From an uncultured Chloroflexia bacterium (GTDB lineage Bacteria; Chloroflexota; Anaerolineae; CG2-30-64-16), in assembly GCA_963810095.1 (NCBI GenBank), contig CAWEMM010000011.1:256001-320000 (forward strand): DNA of 64,000 bases. The letters run 5' to 3'. The notes beneath the pieces are model-generated. The model was not told the DNA's origin, did no database searches, and worked only from the letters and a program-made list of their open reading frames with translations. The translations under genes were made by a program, and so were the position numbers. Position 1 is the stretch's first letter. Each line of letters starts with the position of its first letter. Of the stretch, positions 50,176 through 60,219 are shown one piece after another.

Positions 50176-51696
50176 ATGTACACATTCGATTGGCTGGCCA
50201 AGCAGGCCGACATGCGGCCGGATAAGCTTGCGCTCGTAGACGCGGCAACCGACCGCTGCTTCACCTATGCGGACTTCCACCTCCGCGCCAGCCGCTTTGC
50301 CGAGTTCCTTCGCGACGAGTGGCGCATCGAGCCCGGCGAACGAGTCGCTCTGCTCGCCAACAATTCCTCCGACTACTTCGAAATCCTCTGGGGCTGCGCC
50401 AAAATCGGCGCGATCCTCGTCTGCCTTAACTGGCGCTTGGCAGCGCCCGAGCTCGAGTTCATCATGCGCGACTCCACCCCCGTCGCGCTCATCTATGACC
50501 CGCCCTTTGCCGCCTCGGCCGGCGCGCTGAAGGAACGCCTGGGGCTGCACCGGATGATGACGCTGGCGCCGGAAGCCGGGGCCGGCGAATGGGCGTACGA
50601 GCCGGCCCTGGCACATGCGTCGGGGAAGCCCATCGTCATGCCCCCGCGCAGCTTGAACGACGTCTGGCACATCCTCTACACCGCGGGCACGACCGGCCAC
50701 GCGAAGGGGGTCCTGCAGACGTTCGGCATGGTCTTCTACAACGCGCTCAATATCGGGCTCAAGATCGACCTGACCTCCGAGGACGTCACGCTCAACCTGC
50801 TGCCCTGCTTCCACACCGGCGGCCTCAATATGTACGCCAACCCCACGTTCCACGTCGGGGGCACCGCCATCATCCAGCGCACCTTCGAGCCCGCCGAGAC
50901 GCTGCGCCTGCTCTCCACCCGCACGACCGCTTTCTTCGGCGTCGCAGCGATCTACCTCTTTCTGAGCCAGCACCCGGACTTCGAGCACACCGACCTGTCC
51001 CGCGTCCGGTCCTGGGCCGACGGCGGCGCGCCGATCCCGACGAGCCTGCTGCAGCTCTACCGCAAGAAGGGCATCGACATCCGGTTTGGTTTTGGCATGA
51101 CCGAGACCGGGCCCACCGTCTTTCTCATCGACCAGGGCTATCCCGACAGCAAACTCGGCTCGGTGGGCAAGCCCTGCCTGCACGTGGACGTACGGATCGC
51201 CGACGCCGAAGGGCGCGATCTGCCGCCGGGCGAGCGCGGCGAGCTCCTGATCAAGGGCCCGGGCGTGACGCCGGGATACTGGCAGCTGCCGGACATCACG
51301 GCCAAGAGCATCGAAGACGGCTGGCTGCACTCGGGCGACGTGGCTATGCGCGACGAGGACGGCTACTTCTACATCGTCGACCGGGTCAAGGACATGTACA
51401 TCTCGGGCGGCGAGAACGTCTACCCCGCGGAAGTGGAGAACGTCATCTATCAGCTGCCGCAAGTGTCAGAAACGGCAGTGATCGGCGTGGCCGACGAGAA
51501 GTGGGGCGAGGTCGGCCGTGCGCTCGTTGCCCTACGGCCGGGCCAGGAACTGACCGAGGCTGCGATCATCGAGCACTGCCGGGCCAACCTGGCGCGCTAC
51601 AAGGTGCCGCGCTCGGTCGTCTTCGTACCGGCGTTGCCGCGCAACCCCGCGGGCAAGGTCGTCAAGGGCGAGTTGCGCCAGCAGTTTGGGAAGTGA
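50176..51696 (+). CDS. Acyl-CoA synthetase (AMP-forming) 3
   Basis: YTAGTTGHAKG, GFGMTE, HSGD and SGGENVYPAE; AGGAG SD. Confidence 0.93.
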   Translation: MYTFDWLAKQADMRPDKLALVDAATDRCFTYADFHLRASRFAEFLRDEWRIEPGERVALLANNSSDYFEILWGCAKIGAILVCLNWRLAAPELEFIMRDSTPVALIYDPPFAASAGALKERLGLHRMMTLAPEAGAGEWAYEPALAHASGKPIVMPPRSLNDVWHILYTAGTTGHAKGVLQTFGMVFYNALNIGLKIDLTSEDVTLNLLPCFHTGGLNMYANPTFHVGGTAIIQRTFEPAETLRLLSTRTTAFFGVAAIYLFLSQHPDFEHTDLSRVRSWADGGAPIPTSLLQLYRKKGIDIRFGFGMTETGPTVFLIDQGYPDSKLGSVGKPCLHVDVRIADAEGRDLPPGERGELLIKGPGVTPGYWQLPDITAKSIEDGWLHSGDVAMRDEDGYFYIVDRVKDMYISGGENVYPAEVENVIYQLPQVSETAVIGVADEKWGEVGRALVALRPGQELTEAAIIEHCRANLARYKVPRSVVFVPALPRNPAGKVVKGELRQQFGK

Positions 51697-51699
51697 GCG

Positions 51700-52101
51700 A
51701 TGGAGCTTAGGGTAGGGGCCGTTGCCGTGGCGCGGCGCACGTTCACCCAGGAAGACTTCAACCGCTTCGCCGGCCTCAGCGGCGACGACAACCCGATCCA
51801 TGTGGATCCCGAGTTCGCCGCCCGCACGCGCTTCGGCCGCACGGTGTGCCACGGCATGCTGCTGTACAGCTCCATTTGCGCTGCCCTGAGTCGGGAGCTC
51901 GACCCCGCGTTCGTGCAGCACGAGCAGGAACTGATGTTCCTGACGCCCACGTTTGCGGGTGAAGAGGTCGAAATCCGCCTTGAAGTCACCGGCCTGGCGC
52001 CAGACGCGGGGCTCGCCGAGCTCGCGACGGTGATCTACCGTCCGGACGGCGCCATTGCCTGCCAGGGTCGGACACGGATCGGCGCGGGCCGGCGCCGGTG
52101 A
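51700..52101 (+). CDS. MaoC/(R)-specific enoyl-CoA hydratase family protein
   Basis: FAGLSGDDNPIHVD..FG..CHG hydratase-2 motif. Confidence 0.9.
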   Translation: MELRVGAVAVARRTFTQEDFNRFAGLSGDDNPIHVDPEFAARTRFGRTVCHGMLLYSSICAALSRELDPAFVQHEQELMFLTPTFAGEEVEIRLEVTGLAPDAGLAELATVIYRPDGAIACQGRTRIGAGRRR

Positions 52102-52156
52102 GTCGGCGCGGGAGGCAGGGGAGCAGCACGCCGCGCACGAGGCGGCGAGCGAGGGT

Positions 52157-52598
52157 GTGACACTCAAGGGGCTGCGCATCGGCCAGACCGCTCAGGTCGA
52201 ACGCGTCTTCACCGCCGGCGACCTTGCCGAGTATGTCGCGCTGACCGGCGACACGAATCCCGCCTACCTGGCCGGCCGCAGTGCCGAGGTCACGGGCTTG
52301 CAGGTCCCGAACGGGCTTCTGGGCGGCCTCTTCTCGTTCCTCCTGGGCACTCGGCTGCCCGGGCGGGGCACCAACTGGCTCAAGCAGCGCCTGGTCTTCC
52401 CGTCGCCCGCTGCCGGCGGCGCGCTGGCCCGGCCGGGCGACCCGGTCACCGCGCAGGTCGAGATTGTGCGGCTGCGCGCCGGATAAAGACCTGGTGAACC
52501 TGCGAACCACCTGCACCTGGCCAGCGGAGTGCGCCGTGTGCCGGGGCGAGGCTCTCGTCCTCGTGAAGGATCTCGAATCGGCTCGGGCGCCGGCGTGA
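52157..52598 (+). CDS. MaoC-like hotdog protein lacking the catalytic His (frameshift near 52480)
   Basis: LTGDTNPAY, LPGRGT..LKQ.L.F, then KDLVNLRTTC..VCRGEALV in the next frame. Confidence 0.8.
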
Positions 52599-52730
52599 CA
52601 TGCCGTCGCTGAGAGTTTGCCCGGCTCACTGTGGGCCGGAGAGGAGGTGCCTGACTCACCGCACATCCTGCGCTTGAATAACCGGCCTGTCGTTCATCCA
52701 CTTGGACACATAACCATGGAGGGGAGAAAC

Positions 52731-54157
52731 ATGCATTCCAATGTCAGTCGAAAATGGCTTGTCGTCAGCCTGGTGGTCGTGCTGAGCATGCTGCTGGCGG
52801 CCTGCGGCGGCGCCGCGCCCGCCACCGCGCCCACCCAGGCGCCTGCGCCCACGACCGCGCCTGTTGCGGAACCGACCAAGGCTCCTGAGCCGACCACGGC
52901 CCCTGAGCCCACCAAGGCGCCAGAGCCCACTGCGGCGCCCACCGAGGCCACCGCGCCCACTCGGCCGCCGAGCCCACCAAAGAGACTGCGGCTGCCACGG
53001 GCAAGGAACTCGTCATCGGCGAGTTGACAGACGATTCGGGGCTCCTGGCGCCCTACGGCCCGCTCTTCGAGCGCGGCTTCGAAATCGGCCTTGACTATGC
53101 GACGGACGGCAGCCGGGTGATCGCCGGGCGGCCGGTCAAGGTTGTGCTCAAGGACACCGTCAGCAAGCCGGACGTCGGCGCAACCTTGGCACGCGAGGCG
53201 CTGGAGAAGGACGGCGCCGAGATCCTCCTGGGCGTACCCAGCTCGCCGACGGCGCTTGCTGTGGGCGGCATCGCCACCGAAAACAAGAAGATCTACATCG
53301 CCGGTCCCGCGGCTGCCGATGCCATCACGGGCGCCAACTTCAGCCCGTATGTCTTCCGCTGTGGCCGCCAGAACATCCAGGACGCGCTGACCATGGGCGG
53401 CGGCCTCCTCGGCCTGGGCAAGAAGTTCGTCCAGATCTCGCAGGACAATGCGTTCGGGCAAGGCTCGGCCGCGGGCTTCTACAAGATCGTGAAGGCTGGA
53501 GGCGGGGCCTTCCCCCTCAATGACACTGAGAAAGGCGTTGGCGCAGTCTTCGCCCCGCCCGACACGACCGACTTCACCCCCTACATCAACCAGATCCTGG
53601 ACTCGGGGGCCGAGGTGCTCATCGTGACGTGGTCTGGCAACGGCTTCGTGCCAATGTTCCAGCAGATGCAGCAGCTGGGCGTCTTCGATTCCATGAAGGT
53701 CGCCACCGGCTTCGGCGACAACCAGGCGCTGAAGGCGGGCTACGAGGCGGCGAAGGATTCGTACGGCGTCAGCGTCTACCACTACTCGTTGTTCGACAAC
53801 CCGGTCAACAAGTACCTGACCGACGAGCACATCAAGCGCTTCAACGTCCCGCCGGACCTCTGGGCCGAAGCGGGCTTCAACTGCGCGGTGATGGTGAAGC
53901 AGGCTCTGGAAGCCACGAACGGCGACACGGACGGCGACAAGATGATCAAGGCCCTCGAGGGCATGAAGTTCCAGGGCCCGAAGGGTGACTACGAGGTGCG
54001 GGCGACCGACCATGCGCTGCTGCAGCCCATGACTTATGTCAAGCTGACGAACACCACCGACCCGGACTTCAAGTTCTTCGACCTGGTTACGCTCTTCAAG
54101 CCGGAACAGACTGCGCCGCCGTGTGCGGTGCCGGCCGATCAGAACCGCTGCAAGTAG
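52731..54157 (+). CDS. Liv-type ABC transporter substrate-binding lipoprotein (frameshift near 52960)
   Basis: Lipobox LAAC, PT(K/T)APE repeats, then LIVBP-like SG.LAPYG, DNAFG, DFTPYI and GPKG. Confidence 0.9.
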
Positions 54158-54183
54158 CAGCCCATCCCGAGCCGGGAAGCTCG

Positions 54184-54256
54184 CCACGAAGACTCGAAGA
54201 CACGAAGGCGCACTGAAGCAATCTTCGGGCAACTTGGTGTCTTTGAGTCTTAGTGG
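54184..54256. repeat. ACACRAAG-unit palindrome (family copy 4)
   Basis: CCACGAAGACTCGAAGACACGAAG...CTTGGTGTCTTTGAGTCTTAGTGG. Confidence 0.75.
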
Positions 54257-54287
54257 TGAACACCGGCTTTCGCCAGGGAGACCATCT

Positions 54288-55046
54288 ATGCCCGACACGA
54301 TCATCGAGACCCGCCAGGTCGCAAAACACTTTGGCGGCCTGCACGCGGTCGACGGAGTGGACCTGAAGGTGACTGAGGGCGCCATGCACTCGATCATCGG
54401 TCCCAACGGTGCAGGCAAGACCACGCTCTTCAACCTGATCAGCGGCTATCTCAAGCCGACGTCGGGCCAAGTATTCCTCCGCGGCCGCGAAGTCACCGGC
54501 CTCCCCCTGCATCGCATGGCGCATCTCGGGCTCGGACGCTCGTTCCAGATCACGAACGTTTTCCCCACCCTCACCGTGCTCGAAAACGTCCGTCTCTCGG
54601 CACAGGCGCTCGGGCACGACAACTTCAAGCTCTGGCAGGGCGCCGGCAAATTCCACGGCTATGAGGACAAAGCACGGGCCGCGCTGCACGACGTGGGGCT
54701 GGAAGAGAAAGCCGGCGTGCCCGCCTTGGTGCTGCCCCACGGCGACAAGCGCAAGCTGGAGCTTGCCATCATCCTCGCCGGCGACCCACAGGTGCTGCTG
54801 CTGGACGAGCCCACGGCCGGCATGGCGTCCGAGCAGGTGCCGGCACTCGTCGAAATGATCGCCCGCATCCGAGCCGCGGGGAACAAGACAATCATCCTGG
54901 TCGAGCATAACATGGGCATTGTCATGAACATCTCGGACCGCATCACCGTGATGCACCAGGGCCAGGTGCTGGCGGAAGGCAGCCCGCGCGAGATTGCGGC
55001 CAACGAGGCCGTCCAGAAGGCGTACCTGGGGGAAACGCATGACTGA
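54288..55046 (+). CDS. ABC transporter ATP-binding protein (LivG-like)
   Basis: GPNGAGKTT, RSFQ, LLDEPTAG, VEH and AYLG. Confidence 0.93.
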   Translation: MPDTIIETRQVAKHFGGLHAVDGVDLKVTEGAMHSIIGPNGAGKTTLFNLISGYLKPTSGQVFLRGREVTGLPLHRMAHLGLGRSFQITNVFPTLTVLENVRLSAQALGHDNFKLWQGAGKFHGYEDKARAALHDVGLEEKAGVPALVLPHGDKRKLELAIILAGDPQVLLLDEPTAGMASEQVPALVEMIARIRAAGNKTIILVEHNMGIVMNISDRITVMHQGQVLAEGSPREIAANEAVQKAYLGETHD

Positions 55047-55825
55047 CATCCTTGAGGTCAACGCCATCCATACCTTCATCAACCAGTTCCACATCCTGGA
55101 AGGGGTCTCGCTCACGGTGCCTCAGGGCAGCATCACGGCGCTGCTCGGCCGCAACGGAGCGGGCAAGACCACGACGTTGCGCTCCATCATGGGACTCAAT
55201 CCCCCCCGGGAAGGCACGATCGTCTACGCCGGCGTGCCGATTCACGGCCAGACAGCCTACCAGATCGCCGCCCGCGGCATCGGCTACGTGCCCGAATACC
55301 GGGCCATCTTCCGTTCGCTGACCGTCGAGGAAAACCTCAAGATCGCGGAGCGTTCCAAGAACGACCTCGCGAAGCGCGGCGACCTCATCTTCGAGCTCTT
55401 CCCGGATTTGAAACGGTTCTACCGCTTGCCCGGCGGGCAGCTCTCGGGCGGCCAACAGCAGATGCTCGCCATTGCCCGTGCGTTGGTGCCGGAAAACCGG
55501 CTCCTGTTAGTCGACGAACCGAGTGAGGGGCTGGCCCCGATCCTCATCGACGCGATCGTGGTTGCACTGCGCCGGCTCTCGGCGCACGTGACGATCCTCC
55601 TCGTCGAGCAGAACTTCCGCATGGCGTCACAGCTCGCCGACCGCTACTACATTGTCGACGATGGCCAGACGGTCAACTCAGGGCGGATGGCCGACCTGAT
55701 CAACGACCGGCGCGCTCATCACGCGGTATCTTGGGGCAGGCTACGCCGGGGCGGCAAGTCACGCGGCCCCGCCGAACGAAACAGCCGCAGCCGCGGAAAC
55801 AGGTGTGGAGGGAGTGAACCAATGA
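55039..55825 (+). CDS. ABC transporter ATP-binding protein (LivF-like; frameshift near 55710)
   Basis: GRNGAGKTT, LSGGQQQ, DEPSEGLAP and VEQN; the shifted frame gives ALITRYLG and stops in an ATGA overlap at 55822-55825. Confidence 0.9.
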
Positions 55826-57334
55826 CCGCCTTCTTTCGCCGCAACCGGCCACTCCTGGTCACGCTCTTGATCGTGCTGCTGGTGCTGGTCTGGATGGTGA
55901 ATCGCTTTCCGGCGCGGGTCAGCGCCAGCATCCTACTGTCGGGGCTGACGCTGGGTGCGCTCTATTTTCTTGTGGCGGCCGGCCTGTCGCTGATCTTCGG
56001 CCTCATGGACGTGCTCAATTTTGCGCACGGTGTCATCTTCATGATCGGGGCCTATTTTGGATTCACGGCCTACGCGAACCCCCGGCTCCTCCTCAACACG
56101 CTGCCCTTCGTGCTCGCCCTTCTGGGCGGTGCGCAGATCGGCCGGTGGATCGGCGGCATGCTGCCGCCGCGCTTCGGCAAGCGCTGGCTCGACACGGCCG
56201 CTCTCGTCATCATGTTCCTGCTCTCCGGCGCACTCCTGGTGTTTGCGCTGCGCGGCTTCAACATCACCGTGCTCACCGCGGCTGCGTCGACCGTCGCAGG
56301 CGGCGCGGTCGCCACGGACGTCGCCCAGGAGGTCGCGGCCGTCTTCCTGCCGCGCATCGTGCTCCTCACGGTGTCGGGCTTCTTCCTCGGCCTCGCCCTG
56401 AGCCGGACGAGCCCGGTCGAGGTGCGCCAGAAAACCCGTTGGCCGGCCGCCGCCATCGGCGCAGTCCTGGTCGCTGCGGCTTTCGCCATCACGCCGGTCC
56501 GCAGCCCCGCGGAAGCCTTTCTGCTGGCGACATCGTCCAACGCCCGCTTCGTCCTCGCGCTTCTCGTGGGGCTGCTGGTGGGCGGCGGACTCGGTGCTCT
56601 CGTCGAAACGTCCGTGATCCGGCCGCTATACGCCCGGCCCGTCTACCAGGTGCTCCTGACACTCGGCCTCAGCTATGTGGGCACTGAATTGGTCAGGAGC
56701 GTTTGGGGCACGGCCGGCTTCTTCATGACCACCCCCGCGCTTATTCGCCGGGTCGGGTGAAGGCTGTCCATCTCCCAACCTGTGGTCTTGGTTCAGCGAC
56801 CACTGCCAATCCATCCTCGTGCTGGGCAGGCCTTTCCCGTCCTACCGGCTCTTCATCATCGCGCTCGGCGTGGCGATGTTCGTAGTCATTTGGTTGATCC
56901 TGAAGAAGACGCGGCTCGGTATTATCATCCGGGCCGGCGTGCAAGACAGCGAGATGGTGCAAGCACTCGGCATCAACGTCCGCCGGGTCTTCACCATCGT
57001 CTTTGCGATTGGGTGCGCGCTGGCCGCCGTGGGCGGCGTGGCGGCCGCCCCGTTTCTGGGCGTCAACCTTGGACTCGGCGCGGAACTCCAGCTGCAGGGG
57101 TTTATTGCGGTCGTGATTGGCGGCATGGGGAACTTCGTCGGCGCGGCAGTGGGCGCGCTGCTGGTCGGCATGGCACGCGCATTTGGCGACCAGTTGGTCC
57201 TCTCCGGCATCCAGCTGCCCTGGATGAACGAGGCGCTGCGCATGTCGCCGGCGATCGCCCGTGCTTCGACCGTGCTCATCATGGCGCTCGTGCTGCTGCT
57301 CCGGCCCGCGGGGCTGTTCGGGAAGAAGGAGTAA
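55822..57334 (+). CDS. ABC transporter permease (LivH-like, enlarged; frameshifts near 56740-56815)
   Basis: AAGLSLIFGLMDVLNFAHG; KTRLGIIIRAG; AVVIGGMG; LRPAGLFG. Confidence 0.88.
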
Positions 57335-57338
57335 CGAC

Positions 57339-58403
57339 GTGGACCAGACGAGCTCACGCACGCGCGCCGTGCGCGGCGCCGGCAGATGGGGCGGCCTCCT
57401 GGTGCTGCTTCTGCTGGCCGCGTTGCCGTTCCTCCTCGCGCTGTTCACCGGGCAGCCGGTCAATGCCGGGACGCCCAAGTTCTGGCAGGGCTTGATCATC
57501 CAGGTATTTATCGCGGCAGTCTATGCCATGAGCTATGACCTGCTGTTCGGTTACACCGGCATCCTCAGCTTCGGCCACGCCATGTTCTTCGGCACCGGCG
57601 CGTATGTGGCCGGCATCCTGCTCAAGGAAGCCGGCTGGTCACTCGGACCGGCGGTGCTTGCGGTGATTGGCGTCGCAGTGCTCCAAAGCCTCCTGGTCGG
57701 CGTGGTGTCGCTCCGGGTCCGGGGGGTGTACTTTGCCATGGCCACCCTGGCCTTCTCGCAGATGTTCTACATCCTCGTCCAAGCCACCGACTTGCGCGAC
57801 ATTACCGGCGCAGAAGACGGCCTGCACGGCATCCCCGTGCCCGCCTGGTTAAGCCCGACCGACCATCGCCTGACGTTCTACTTCGTCGCGCTGGCGTTCT
57901 GCGTGGTGTGTTACCTGATGGCCCGGCGCCTGGTCGATTCGCCGCCCGGTCGCGTCATGGTGGCGATCCGCGAGAACGAACCGCGAGCCCAGATGATTGG
58001 TTACAACACCTTCGCTTACAAGCTCCTCGCACTCACGGTTGCTGGCGTCCTGGCGGCGCTGGCCGGCATGATGAATGCGCTGTGGAACGGGAATGCAACG
58101 CCCGAGGTCCTCAGCGTCGAGACGACGATCAACGCGCTGCTAATGACCATCATCGGCGGGGTGGGCACGCTGATCGGGCCCATGCTGGGCGCGGCCGTCT
58201 TCCAGCTGCTGGGCTACTGGCTGAACAGCGTGTTCGGCTCGCAGTGGCAGCTCATCTTCGGCGCGGTCTACGTTCTGCTGGTCGTCTTCCTGCCCTATGG
58301 TATCGTCGGGACGTACTATGCCCGGCGCAACGATATCCGAGCCGGCTGGCAGCGCCTGCTCCGTCCGTTGCACCCGCCCGCAAAGCCATCCGAGCACCTG
58401 TAG
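57339..58403 (+). CDS. ABC transporter permease (LivM-like)
   Basis: GYTGILSFGHA, GVYFAMATLA, AIRENE and IIGGVGT. Confidence 0.93.
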   Translation: MDQTSSRTRAVRGAGRWGGLLVLLLLAALPFLLALFTGQPVNAGTPKFWQGLIIQVFIAAVYAMSYDLLFGYTGILSFGHAMFFGTGAYVAGILLKEAGWSLGPAVLAVIGVAVLQSLLVGVVSLRVRGVYFAMATLAFSQMFYILVQATDLRDITGAEDGLHGIPVPAWLSPTDHRLTFYFVALAFCVVCYLMARRLVDSPPGRVMVAIRENEPRAQMIGYNTFAYKLLALTVAGVLAALAGMMNALWNGNATPEVLSVETTINALLMTIIGGVGTLIGPMLGAAVFQLLGYWLNSVFGSQWQLIFGAVYVLLVVFLPYGIVGTYYARRNDIRAGWQRLLRPLHPPAKPSEHL

Positions 58404-58518
58404 TGAGCCGGATGTTGTTTCCGGGGCTCCACCGCCACCGTCCGTGAAGTAGCCACGGCGATCGACGACGCAGGAGTGAGGTCCGCCGGTTCAGCGGCGC
58501 CACGTGCGCCCTGCCTTT

Positions 58519-58547
58519 TTGACGGACCCCTTGGGAAGGATTATACT
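58519..58547 (+). promoter_or_regulatory. Sigma70-type promoter for the MFS gene
   Basis: TTGACG-N17-TATACT. Confidence 0.6.
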
Positions 58548-58595
58548 TTCGTTCGGCGGCCGACTGGCCGCCGAATCTTTTGTAGTTCACGTGTC

Positions 58596-59912
58596 ATGCC
58601 AGAAAGCCAATCCATCCCGCGCCCCGCGCCACCTGCTGCGTCGCGGCTGAACACCCGCCTGGACGAGTTTCTCGCCGGGCCGTACGATCCTGAGACCGAC
58701 GCTCGCCCCGGCAGCCGCCGCGGCCGGCGCCTGTTCTGGGCCGACGGCTTCACCTCGAACGTCTCCGAGTCGGTCGTCACAAACTTCACGAACCCGTTTG
58801 CGCTGGCGCTGGGCGCCACGAACCAGCAAATGGGCATCATGAGCAGCATCGCCAACCTTGCCGCTGCGCTGGCGCTCCTACCCGGCGCCCGCCTCGACGA
58901 GCGCGTGCCCAGCCGCAAGCGCATCGTGGTAACGACGAGCTTCCTGCACCGCCTGCTGCTCATCGCGATCGCGCTCCTGCCGCTCCTGTTCGGGCCGCGG
59001 GCCATCTACGTCTTCATCTTCCTGGTGGCCGTGCGGTCGTTTTTCGCCCAGCTCGGCTTCCCTGCGTGGTCCGCCTTCAGCGCGGACCTGGTGCCCGCAC
59101 GAATCCGGGGCCGCTATTTCGGCGCGCGGAACATCGGGCTCGCCGTGGCGGCGCTCGTCTTTGCGCCGCTTTTCGGCCGGCTCGCCGACGTTATCGGCCT
59201 GCCGAAGGGCTACCAGGTCCTTTTCGTGATCGCCGCACTGGTGGGCTTTGGCGCGGTCCTGGTCTTCAGAAGCATCCCGGAGCCGCCGCGGTCGCGCTCG
59301 GCAGAGCAGGCCCCTGCGCAAGGGAAACAGCCTGTGCTGGCCCTGCTGCGAACGCACCCCCGCTTCGCCGCGTTCAGCGCGGTGGCCGTGCTGTGGAACC
59401 TGTCAATCATGGTCGCGGGGCCCTACTTCAGCGTCTACATCGTGCGCAACCTGGCAGCAAGCCCGACGATCATCGGTCTGCTCGCAGCTTCCAACGCTAT
59501 CTTCAACATCATCGGGCAGCGGGTCTGGGGCCGCACCAACGACCGCCGCGGTGCGGCATGGGTGATGGCCGCAACCGGCCTGATGATCCCGCTGATCCCG
59601 GCGTTCTATGCGGTGGCGCCCAACGCGTGGTATCTGATCGCCGTCGAAGCGTTCTCGGGCTTTATGTGGTCGGGCTATGGCCTTTCAAGCTTCAACATGA
59701 TGCTGGGGCTGGCGCCCGCCGAACAGCGCGCGCGCTTCTCGGCCGTATACCAGAGCGGCGTCTTCCTGGCGTCCTTCCTCGGCCCGCTCATCGGCATGGC
59801 GCTCGTCAGCGTCTACGACATCCGGCTTCTCTTTTGGATCTCCGCCATCGGCCGCCTGATCGCCTCGCTCCTCTTCATGGTTGCGGTGCGTGTCGGACCG
59901 GATCGCGAATGA
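58596..59912 (+). CDS. MFS transporter
   Basis: About 12 hydrophobic segments; DLVP..RGRYFG, GRLAD and WGRTNDRRG. Confidence 0.9.
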   Translation: MPESQSIPRPAPPAASRLNTRLDEFLAGPYDPETDARPGSRRGRRLFWADGFTSNVSESVVTNFTNPFALALGATNQQMGIMSSIANLAAALALLPGARLDERVPSRKRIVVTTSFLHRLLLIAIALLPLLFGPRAIYVFIFLVAVRSFFAQLGFPAWSAFSADLVPARIRGRYFGARNIGLAVAALVFAPLFGRLADVIGLPKGYQVLFVIAALVGFGAVLVFRSIPEPPRSRSAEQAPAQGKQPVLALLRTHPRFAAFSAVAVLWNLSIMVAGPYFSVYIVRNLAASPTIIGLLAASNAIFNIIGQRVWGRTNDRRGAAWVMAATGLMIPLIPAFYAVAPNAWYLIAVEAFSGFMWSGYGLSSFNMMLGLAPAEQRARFSAVYQSGVFLASFLGPLIGMALVSVYDIRLLFWISAIGRLIASLLFMVAVRVGPDRE

Positions 59913-60000
59913 CGGCAGGGCGCAAGAATCACCTTGTGCCCGCTGCACCGCTTGTGCTAGAATCCCCAATGAACCCGCGACCTTTCAGTGGAGAGCCTCG

Positions 60001-60219
60001 ATGAACTGCCCGAACTGCGGCCAGTGGAACCCCGAAGACAAGCGCGTCTGTTGGCGCTGCGATGCGGAGCTGCCCAGGCCCGTCGAAAAGAAACCCAAGC
60101 CACCCCGGACGCTTTTTCTCGGCCTGCCGGTTTGGACGTGGGTCGTCCTGGTGCTGATGTTCGCGCTCCTGGCAGCCGCCCAGTGTCTTGGTCCGTCGCT
60201 CCTGAACCGGGGCGGGTGA
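60001..60219 (+). CDS. Zinc-ribbon membrane protein
   Basis: MNCPNCG..VCWRC plus one TM helix; TGcTAGAAT at 59955-59963. Confidence 0.75.
   Translation: MNCPNCGQWNPEDKRVCWRCDAELPRPVEKKPKPPRTLFLGLPVWTWVVLVLMFALLAAAQCLGPSLLNRGG

Noticed and set aside
49288-50248. ORFs over the 49.6-50.1 kb repeat
   Set aside because: Low-complexity Pro/Gly/Arg translations of repeat DNA in several frames
54994-56760. Apparent LivF-LivH fusion (588-aa ORF)
   Set aside because: An indel near 55710 explains it: the shifted frame restores ..RYLG and ends in an ATGA overlap with the permease start at 55822
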